DNA of 64,000 bases from an uncultured Verrucomicrobiae bacterium (GTDB lineage: Bacteria; Verrucomicrobiota; Verrucomicrobiia; Chthoniobacterales; UBA10450), in contig CAWFGO010000005.1 in the NCBI GenBank assembly GCA_963815455.1, forward strand, positions 242,225 through 306,224, in the 5' to 3' direction. A model generated the notes under the pieces. That model worked only from the letters and a program-made list of their open reading frames with translations, searched no databases and was not told the origin of the DNA. The translations under genes were made by a program, and so were the position numbers. Numbering within the stretch: position 1 is the first letter of the stretch; every line of letters starts with the position of its first letter. Shown in pieces: positions 55,869 through 64,000 of this stretch.

Positions 55869-56855
55869 TTAGCCCCAAAGCTCGCGACAGGGAATTCCGA
55901 TCTTTCCATCTTGGTAAGGAAGACCGTGATCGCGGTCGCGGGCGAGAAGTAATGGGCCGTCAAGATCGACATGGTCGACGGCGCCAGGGAGAAGGCGAGC
56001 CGGAGCGATCCCCAATGAAGTGCATACCATGCAGCCGAACAAAAGCTTGAATCCGCTTTCTCGAGCGCGCTTCGTCAGCAACAGCGCTTCCGTTAATCCT
56101 CCGGTCTTGTCCAACTTGATGTTGATCGCTTCGTAGCGGTGAGCGAGGCGAGGGAGATCGGCGGTGGTATGGCAACTCTCGTCCGCGCACACCGGGATCG
56201 GGTGATCGAGAGTCTCGAGACTCTCATCGGCATTCGCGGGAAACGGTTGTTCGATCAGCTCGACCCCTAATCCTTCCAAGGCCGAGGCAACGTCGCGATA
56301 GTGTGCGGGCGACCATGATTCGTTGGCGTCGATGAGCAAACGCGCCGTGGGCGCGGCTCCGCGCACGGCTTTGACTCGGGGAAGATCGAGATCGTCGCCA
56401 CCGAGCTTCAGTTTAAGAAGCGGCGCGATTTTGTTCGCCTCGGCCACAGCTGCCATTTTCTCCGGTGTATCCAGACTAATCGTGAACGAAGTCTCAACCA
56501 CGTCAACGATTGGGATATGCGCCAGCTCCCAAACGCGTTTGCCGGAAATCTTCGCTTCCAGGTCCCATAACGCGCAGTCCAAGGCGTTGCGGGCAGCCCC
56601 GGCCGGCAACAACTGCTGGGTTTTTTGTCGATCCAAATTCGGGACGCGCTTTATCGATTCGATCTGGGCCAAAACCGAGGAAATGCTTTGACCGTAGCGC
56701 GCGGACGGAACCGCCTCGCCCCGGCCGGTGGATTGGCCGTCGGTCGCAGTTACGACAACAACGTGTGCATCGTTGAGAGTGCCCCGGGCGATGCGAAATG
56801 GTTTGTCGAGCGGCCAGATTTCCTGGCGAGCTTCGATGGTGAGCAGACCACTCAT
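55869..56855 (-). CDS. L-Ala-D/L-Glu (dipeptide) epimerase, enolase superfamily
   Basis: FRIARG, KLKLG, DANE, EQP, ADES, IKLDKTGG, DLDG. Confidence 0.9.
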   Translation of the reverse strand: MSGLLTIEARQEIWPLDKPFRIARGTLNDAHVVVVTATDGQSTGRGEAVPSARYGQSISSVLAQIESIKRVPNLDRQKTQQLLPAGAARNALDCALWDLEAKISGKRVWELAHIPIVDVVETSFTISLDTPEKMAAVAEANKIAPLLKLKLGGDDLDLPRVKAVRGAAPTARLLIDANESWSPAHYRDVASALEGLGVELIEQPFPANADESLETLDHPIPVCADESCHTTADLPRLAHRYEAINIKLDKTGGLTEALLLTKRARESGFKLLFGCMVCTSLGIAPARLLPGAVDHVDLDGPLLLARDRDHGLPYQDGKIGIPCRELWG

Positions 56856-56985
56856 TACAGAAGGAAACGAAGGGAACAAAGTATATCCACTGAATTTCTT
56901 CTTTGTGGCTTCGGCTTGTCCCGAGACTTCGGAAGTCGAACAATTTCTCTGTGTGCTCCGTGTTCTTCGTGATTAAATCACGGGC

Positions 56986-57138
56986 ATGAAATTAACCAAG
57001 AACATCGGCATGCTTCTGCTGGCGGTTTATCTGATCGTCGATGGCCTCCTAGGCTTCGGCTTGAACATCGGACCAGCCATTTTCCTTCTCTACATCGTGG
57101 CCCTGGCTGCCGGCGTCTTTATTCTTATCGGTAAATAA
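56986..57138 (+). CDS. 50-aa two-helix membrane protein (below ORF-track cutoff)
   Basis: MKLTKNIGMLLLAVYLIVDGLLGFGLNIGPAIFLLYIVALAAGVFILIGK; GC-rich third positions. Confidence 0.7.
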   Translation: MKLTKNIGMLLLAVYLIVDGLLGFGLNIGPAIFLLYIVALAAGVFILIGK

Positions 57139-57141
57139 GAG

Positions 57142-60022
57142 TTACTCCGGTCGATCCTGCGCGACGATGTCGATGGTCGCCGTTTCGCGTGTTAACCGCC
57201 GGCCATCTTGCTGCTCGGCTGTAACGGCCATCTCACCCGGGAGATGTGTAACCGGGATGTCGATCGAAAAGGAACCATCGTCTCGAACCGGAACTTTCTC
57301 GGCGGCAACTTTGCCATCGAACAAGATTCGGACCGGCTCTCCAGCGCCGCTAGCCGGCAGGAAGTTTGTGCCGATCACCCGGACTGGTTCACCGGGTTCG
57401 AGCGAGGACATGCCCGCTGTCTTCGTGCCGGAGACGAAAACCATTGGTGTCCGAGAAGGCGCGAATTGAAGGTCCGTGTCGGAAGCGATCACCATGCGCA
57501 GGCGAGTTCCTTCCAGGACGAGTCCGCGGATTCGACGGGAGCCTTCCAATTCACGGCTCTTGATCCGCGCGGTGAGTTTGCCATCGCCCGGTTGATAAAC
57601 GTTGGGAATGGCGAGGGGAACTTCGCGTCCGGATCGGTCCACCTGCGCGATCGTACCTCCCGAGATCGCAACCTCGCGAACATTATCATCCGTCATTTGC
57701 AGGTCGGTTATCCAACCATTATGAACCACGATGATGGAGCAGGCGGGACAAACAGCCGGATCGTCCATGCCCTTAAACGGCTGACCGGAACTGGTGGCAA
57801 AATCGATCGCCACAGGTGGCTCTACCTGGGGACGGCCGCGCGGATCGGGGAAACGACATTTCGTATTCGGGTTGGCTTGTCGATTCAAGTTTAATGTCCA
57901 TAACCCGCGGCCGTTGGTTGATACCCACACCTGACCCGAAGGCGGGAAATAGAAAGAGCTGACGAAAGTGCAGGCTTTCGAGCCATTGATTTGCGCCCAG
58001 GTATTGCCGCTGTCAGTCGATCGGAAGATCCCGTTCTGAATCGTGCCGACCAGAATATGGCAGGAATCGTAGGGATCCCACGCGATCACACTCGGCAAGG
58101 TGAGCTCGGACACGGTGAAGAGGTATTGGCCGTTGCCGGTCACCGCCTGGGTTAGTTGCGGGAGCGGATACCAGTTGGTGCCGCCGTCTGCCGAAAACTT
58201 CATCTGACTGTTCTCGGCATCCGCCGCGATCATGTGGTTCGGGTTGTTGGGATCTGCGCCAAAGACAATATATCTGGCGATGGGAGTACGGAGGGATCCG
58301 AAGGAAACAGTGCCTGCGCCATCGGCAGGATCGACAACCGCCTGACCGGCGATATTTTTCGCCCGCATCAGGCTGAAGCGCGAGCCGCCATTCGGAAGCG
58401 AGCCGGGTTTTTGGACACCTTGATAGACGGTCGGGTTCGCCAGCGATCCGGCGATGAGAGGCGCTCCCTTGGGTGCAAGCGCCAGTGAGAACGACTTGGT
58501 CCACGAGCTGCCGGCGCTAAGAGTGACGAAGAAATCGAAGCTCGGTGGTGATGCGCGTCGGGTTAGGGACGTTTTGAATGTAGGCATCGCCGACGATTTG
58601 GAATGGGGCGTCGGCCGGACCTCCGGGGCTTCCATTCGGTGCGTTAGGCCATCCGGCCTTGTTTTCGAAATGCTCGCCCGCGACGAAATTGGAACACGGA
58701 CCGCAATTGGATCCAGTCACCCTGGGCGGGTCGATATCTCGTGGACTGATTCGAATGAATCGCCCCTCACAGCAGATCGATCCGGTCCATGTACTGCCGC
58801 CGTCGGTCGAGGCCTTGAGATCGTTGTCCTGCGTACCATAATAGAGATCCTGGCGTGCCGGGGATCCGGGAACGAATCGGCCGGTCACCTCAGCGATTTG
58901 CAGCGCGACAAAGCCGCCGTAGTTGCCGCCGGTGAGTTTCCAGTGCGCTCCCTGATCGGCGGTCCGATGAACGCCGCCATCGGTCGCGAGAAGAATCGGA
59001 ACTCGCCGATCCAAATCGAACGCGACATCCGATGGATCGGTGTGATCCGACTCCATTTTTGTCCACGTGCCGGTGCCCGTCGGTCCGGCGACCGCGAAAG
59101 TCTGCCGGTGGAACCGCATTCCATCTCCGTAATAAACATCAAATTTGCTGTCGTCTCCGGCCAGTGAGCGGGCCACGCGCACAAAAGCTTCCCTGAAGTT
59201 AATGCTCGGGGCGTCGACCTGGGCCCAGCTCGTTCCGCCATCCGTGGACAGGAAAAGTTTTTGTCCCTCGCTGGCATGGAAGAAAATGGAGGACGTGCCC
59301 GCAAACCAAGGGGCGGCGAATGCGTGAACAACCGGCACATTTCCGGTCGAGACATTTGGCGATCTTGCCCAGGCTCCATCCGGGCCGAGGTGAAACAGGC
59401 CATTGTCCGCGGCGGCAACTCCAGAGGTGCGGTTGAGGACCAGCACCGACCGGACACGATGCCGGAACGGACCGCTTCCGGGCGAGGCCGGATCGAGAAC
59501 AATGTGGGACCAGGTCGCGCCGTCATCGTTGCTTATCGCCAATCCGCAATCCGTCCCCACGTAAAACGCATGGGACAACGGCATGTGCGAAATGCCCCAG
59601 GCGCCGGGCCGGCTGGAGCAATTCGTGCCCGATGCCGGGACCGAGCTCGGTGGCTGACTCCACGTCGCTCCACCGTCGATGCTTCGCCAGATCCCGCCGT
59701 CGTTAATTGCGCGGTACTGCGGTTGGGTTGTCGCGATGATTGTGTTGGGGTTCGACCATGCAATGGCCACGTCGATCGTTTTGAAGCTGGGCAACCCGTC
59801 GAGGTGCTGCCAGCTTATTCCTCCGTCGAACGTCCGAAAGAGGCCGCCGGTTTCTGTTGCCACCACCATGCGCTTATCGTTGTTCGATGCGACGGCAATC
59901 GATAAGGCACGCCCGCCCTGCTCGACCCTGGGCGGCGCGATCGTCACCGGCGTCGGGTTGCAACCCGCGAAGCCGGCGATGGCTGCCAATCCCGCCGCGA
60001 TTGAGGATCGCCGAATGAGCAT
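57142..60022 (-). CDS. Large lipoprotein with BNR/Asp-box repeats (sialidase/GH74-like propellers), frameshift near 58555
   Basis: Lipobox FAGC; many S-x-D-G-G-x-T/S-W boxes across ORFs 58517..60061 and 57142..58635. Confidence 0.8.
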
Positions 60023-60157
60023 GGGGCTATTCAGCCAAAAACGGATTGTTAGGTCAAGCATAAGACTGATCTGCGATTCTCCACTCTAATTAGGATCGAC
60101 GGGCAGCCGAGCAAAAGATTGAACGCCGGGTCCGGGGCCGCTGTCTCAGGTTCCACT

Positions 60158-60478
60158 ATGACCAAACTTATTGCGGTAGTGGTAGCTAGTGTATTTGCGG
60201 CGGGAACGATGTTCGCGGGTGAACACGGCGACTGCACCAAGAAGGCTGGGAACGAAGCGAAACCGGCTTGCTCGGTGTCTTTTGCCAGTCTCGATCTGAC
60301 CCCCGAGCAGAAAACGAAGATGGACGCGGTAATGGCGGAGCATCACAAAGCGGGATGTTCCGAAGCCAGCGAGGCCCAGTTCAGGAAGGAAGCCAAAGGG
60401 ATCCTGACCAAAGAGCAATTCGCGAAGTTCAAAGCGGAATGCGGGATGGGCAAGAAGAAGGAAAAAACGCAGAGCTAA
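60158..60478 (+). CDS. Small exported Spy/CpxP-like (LTxxQ) protein with 4 Cys
   Basis: Signal peptide; LDLTPEQK and ILTKEQF. Confidence 0.6.
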   Translation: MTKLIAVVVASVFAAGTMFAGEHGDCTKKAGNEAKPACSVSFASLDLTPEQKTKMDAVMAEHHKAGCSEASEAQFRKEAKGILTKEQFAKFKAECGMGKKKEKTQS

Positions 60479-60507
60479 TCTTTAGCTCCTTAGTCAATCA
60501 AATCATG

Positions 60508-60535
60508 GTCGCGCCCGCCTCGGCGGGCGCGATTT
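60508..60535. terminator. GC-rich hairpin between convergent genes
   Basis: TCGCGCCCGCC-TC-GGCGGGCGCGA. Confidence 0.55.
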
Positions 60536-60592
60536 GCGTACGGTCCGGCAGAAATCCATTTCTTGGGAAAACCGGAAGTGACTTGCCGAAGT

Positions 60593-61120
60593 TCAGCCTC
60601 GCAGCGCCTTGGTGAAGCGGACCAGTTCGTCGGCCACCTCTTCGATGCGCCCGGTGATGTTCTTGTCGATGATATTGCCGCCCTCGAAAGCTTCGCTGCT
60701 GGCGAAAACGAATCGGGGGAGAATGACGCAGCGAAAATCGAGCATGAGACTGTTGGCGTAAGCCATGACCGACATGTAACTGGCCGTGCCGCCGGCGGCG
60801 CAGAGAAAGCCGACGATTTTATCTTCCCACGCGCTGCCCGTGAGCTCGATCATGTTCTTGGCCGCCGCTGCGACATCGTAATTATATATCGGGGCCGCTA
60901 CCAGGATCCCGTCGGCCCCTTCGATCGCGGCGCTTAACTTCTTCGATCCAGGCATTTCGTAACATTTGTCGCCGTCGCACAGTGGCAGATCCATTTCGAC
61001 GATGTCGATCCAATCGCAATCGATTTTCTTCTTTTGCAGATGGGCAAGCGCCACGCGCCCCATCCGGCGACTGTTGCTATCGGGATTACCGCTCGTGCTG
61101 ATGACAAGATGCTTTGGCAT
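60593..61120 (-). CDS. NADPH-dependent FMN reductase
   Basis: STS...SNS, ADGILVAAPIYN, AKNMIE. Confidence 0.88.
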   Translation of the reverse strand: MPKHLVISTSGNPDSNSRRMGRVALAHLQKKKIDCDWIDIVEMDLPLCDGDKCYEMPGSKKLSAAIEGADGILVAAPIYNYDVAAAAKNMIELTGSAWEDKIVGFLCAAGGTASYMSVMAYANSLMLDFRCVILPRFVFASSEAFEGGNIIDKNITGRIEEVADELVRFTKALRG

Positions 61121-61287
61121 GGGAGAGAAGAAAACGTCCAACGCCCAACGCCCAACGTCCAATGCTCAATTTCAGAAAGGGAGGCGATCTTTCAAGAAAG
61201 CAGGAATCTCGAAGAAGGGATGGAGATCACAGGTCAGAAGTCGAGCGCAGCCTTGCCGGATTACTGTGCTTCTGTTAAATCGAAGCA

Positions 61288-62094
61288 ATGGAGCGCAGAC
61301 ATATCAAGTGGCTTCCGATCGCGGCGGCGGCTTTATTCTTCGCCTATCAATATTTCACGTCGGAAAGATTCGTGAACCCGGAGACCGGCCGGGCGAGTCA
61401 CGTCGGCCTGTCGACCCAACAGGAAGCCGCGCTTGGACTTCAAAGTTATGAGCAAGTTCTAGCCCAATCGGAGACGGTCGGGTCCGGGCCGGAATTGGAA
61501 ATGGTGAAAAGGGTCGCGAGCCGGCTGGCCATCGCGACCGGGGACGCGGGAAAGAATTTCGATTGGAAGGTGTCGTTGATTCGTGACAGCAAGCAGAACG
61601 CGTTTTGTCTGCCGGGCGGAAAAATTGTTGTCTATACCGGGATCCTTCCAGTCGCCCAAACCGAGGCCGGCCTTGCTACCGTCCTCGGACACGAGATGGC
61701 CCATGCCATCTCGCGCCACGGCGCCCAACGCGTGTTACAGGAGAATCTCGCTCAAACGGCGATGACCGGCGTGGCCGCTTCGTTGTCGGATATGGATTAC
61801 GACAAGCAGCGTGCTGTGATGGGCGCGCTGGGCGCGGGCGCGAAATTCGGCGTCCTGATGCCGTTTGGCCGCAAACACGAATCCGAAGCGGATCAGATCG
61901 GACTTATTTACATGGCGCGTGCCGGCTACGATCCACGGGAGAGTATCCAGTTTTGGAAACGAATGGAACAAGCGGGCAATGCTCAATCGCCGGAATTCTT
62001 GTCGACACATCCGTCTCACGGAACGCGCATCGCGCAACTCGAAGCGTTGATGCCAAAGGCGATCGAGGAATACAACCGCGCTCAGCAGCACTAG
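61288..62094 (+). CDS. M48 family metallopeptidase
   Basis: NAFCLPGGK, HEMAH, ESEAD, LSTHP. Confidence 0.93.
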   Translation: MERRHIKWLPIAAAALFFAYQYFTSERFVNPETGRASHVGLSTQQEAALGLQSYEQVLAQSETVGSGPELEMVKRVASRLAIATGDAGKNFDWKVSLIRDSKQNAFCLPGGKIVVYTGILPVAQTEAGLATVLGHEMAHAISRHGAQRVLQENLAQTAMTGVAASLSDMDYDKQRAVMGALGAGAKFGVLMPFGRKHESEADQIGLIYMARAGYDPRESIQFWKRMEQAGNAQSPEFLSTHPSHGTRIAQLEALMPKAIEEYNRAQQH

Positions 62095-62140
62095 AAGCGA
62101 AAGCGCAGGGCTCAGCAGGCCCAATTTCCGAGAATATCCG

Positions 62141-62857
62141 ATGAGCCAAAATTTCGAGGAGCTGGATTACCGCGAGACGCCGCTCGGGGCGGTGATGTTG
62201 CGACGGCGGCGAATGCTGTCGTTAGGCGGACTCGAGATTTACGAAGTGAAGCTGGGCGACGCGTTCTTGATGTCGAGTTTGTTCCATGAAGTCGAAGAGG
62301 CGCTCGCGCACAGGGGACTGGCCGATCTGGAAGGCTCGGGCTGGGATGTCGTCGTGGGCGGCCTCGGACTTGGCTACACGGCAGCGGCCGCACTCGATCA
62401 TCGCGAAGTCGCATCGCTGCTGATCGTTGACGCGTTGAAGCCGGTGATCGAGTGGCACCAAAGCGGCCTGGTCCCGCTGGGCCGGAAATTAGCGGGCGAC
62501 CCACGTTGTCGAATGTCAGAGGCGGACTTCTTCGCGCGGGCGCGGTCCGCGGACGGTTTCGATCCGAAACAGCCGGGCCGAAAGTTTCACGCGGTGCTGT
62601 TGGATATCGATCATTCGCCGCGCGATTTGCTGCACCCGGACAACGCGACGTTCTATCAAACGGAGGGACTGCGTTCCCTCGCGGCGCATCTGCGTCCCGG
62701 AGGCATCTTCGCGCTCTGGTCGAATGATCCGCCGGACGAAGATTTTCTGGAAAAGCTCGACTCCGCCTTCGCGACCACACGAGCCCATGTCGTCAGCTTC
62801 TCAAATCCAGTGACCGAGGGCGTCTCAGCCAGCACGGTCTACGTGGCGGGAAAGTAA
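62141..62857 (+). CDS. Spermidine-synthase-like SAM-binding protein
   Basis: FLMSS, VGGLGLGYT, LLDID, LRPGGIFALWS. Confidence 0.8.
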   Translation: MSQNFEELDYRETPLGAVMLRRRRMLSLGGLEIYEVKLGDAFLMSSLFHEVEEALAHRGLADLEGSGWDVVVGGLGLGYTAAAALDHREVASLLIVDALKPVIEWHQSGLVPLGRKLAGDPRCRMSEADFFARARSADGFDPKQPGRKFHAVLLDIDHSPRDLLHPDNATFYQTEGLRSLAAHLRPGGIFALWSNDPPDEDFLEKLDSAFATTRAHVVSFSNPVTEGVSASTVYVAGK

Positions 62858-62900
62858 AAGTCAGAAGCCAAAGCCTGGAGTCACATTTATCGCCGGTATT

Positions 62901-64000
62901 TTAGTTGCCGTTGCTGGCGCGGACGGCGGTAAGGGCCTGATCGATGTCGGCGCAAAAGCGATCGAGGCCGATGTGTTCGGCCAGGCCGGATTCGAACATG
63001 ACCTTCATCGGTTGCGGCTGAACTGCGGTGAGGAAAATTTCGATGCCGTCGCGTTCAAGTTTTTCGATGGCGACCCTGAAGGCGCGCAGACCGCTGGCGT
63101 CCATGGCCGGCACTGTGCGCATGCGGAAAATGACAATTCGCGGTTTTCCACCCGAGCCGCGCAACGCCATGTCGAGTTTCTCGGCCGCGGCAAAAAACAT
63201 CGGTCCCTCAATCCGATAAAGAATGACATCCGGCGGCACGTCCTTGCCGCGGATGCTGTGTGACCCCGTGCCCGGATCCTCGCTCTCGGAAGTGACCAGA
63301 CGCACATGCGTGATCTCCTCCATTTGCCGGAGAAAAAGAATCGCAGCCATAACCAAGCCGGCCCCGACGCCAATGGTGAGATCGAATACGACGGTGAGAG
63401 CAAAGGCCGCTACCAGAACGCCGAAATCTGCGCGTGGTCCACGCCACAGCTCGACGAACGTGTGCCACTCCGCCATGCGAAACGCCACTGTGAGTAGAAT
63501 GGCACTCAACGCCGCCAGCGGAATGTACCCAGCCAATGGAGCGCCCAGAAAGATTGCGGCCAGCAGGACGAGTGCGTGGATGACTCCGGAAACCGACGTG
63601 CGCGCGCCGGATCGAATATTCGCCGCGGTGCGCGCGATTGCTCCAGTCGCGGTAATGCCGCCGGCGAGCGGGCAAAGGACATTGGCGATCCCCTGGGCAA
63701 GCAGTTCCTGATTTGGATTGTGCCGCGTATCGGTCATACCGTCGGCGACCATGGCTGAGAGCAGCGATTCAATCGCGCCGAGAGCGGCGATGGTGAAGGC
63801 CGGGCCCATGAGATCGCGCATCAATTCGAGGGAGACGGCAGGAAAATGCAAACCGGGCAGCCCGGCGGGAATGCCTCCAAAGCGGGGTGCCGATTGTTGC
63901 AATTGGCCAGCCGGCAGCGTAGGCCACGAGTGTGGCCAGCAGTACCGCCACGATGCTGGCCGGGACGCGTTTCGTGATAAGTGGCCATGAGCGATACGTT
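62901..64000 (-). CDS. SulP family anion transporter with STAS domain, partial, frameshift near 63890
   Basis: IESLLSA, NQELLAQG, TGAIART, GPMFFAAA, MDASG. Confidence 0.92.
   Translation of the reverse strand, partial: RIAHGHLSRNASRPASWRYCWPHSWPTLPAGQLQQSAPRFGGIPAGLPGLHFPAVSLELMRDLMGPAFTIAALGAIESLLSAMVADGMTDTRHNPNQELLAQGIANVLCPLAGGITATGAIARTAANIRSGARTSVSGVIHALVLLAAIFLGAPLAGYIPLAALSAILLTVAFRMAEWHTFVELWRGPRADFGVLVAAFALTVVFDLTIGVGAGLVMAAILFLRQMEEITHVRLVTSESEDPGTGSHSIRGKDVPPDVILYRIEGPMFFAAAEKLDMALRGSGGKPRIVIFRMRTVPAMDASGLRAFRVAIEKLERDGIEIFLTAVQPQPMKVMFESGLAEHIGLDRFCADIDQALTAVRASNGN

Overview
GC-rich bacterial chromosome segment. Gene content and repeat families suggest a soil Verrucomicrobium (Chthoniobacterales-like); this is inference. 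Many genes carry single-base frameshifts typical of long-read assembly error. Most of the window is housekeeping: CDF transporter, TamB/TamA, PpiD-like chaperone, M13 and M48 peptidases, TPP riboswitch-thiC, TrhO, tag, aminotransferase and SulP. Three parts stand out. (1) A signal-peptide-bearing RHS polymorphic toxin locus (3570-12457) has a full-length RHS and an orphan RHS module, each ending in a different JAB/MPN-like (E...HxH...D) tip followed by an exported candidate immunity gene. An IS3 element with intact ends and an orphan IS3 left end punctuate the cassettes. (2) An accessory island (about 35.3-39.1 kb) holds a DUF2971-like gene, a recently amplified 7-unit delta-60 repeat protein and an unnamed two-gene TA-like module. 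(3) Many short repeats (GTAG-REP doublets, a 23-bp and a 30-bp micro-element, heptamer runs) nest inside one another and invade coding sequence: four in-frame repeat insertions in thiC, one in a nucleoside phosphorylase, and one that splits the Walker A motif of a zeta-like ATPase. No CRISPR array, rRNA or tRNA was found.
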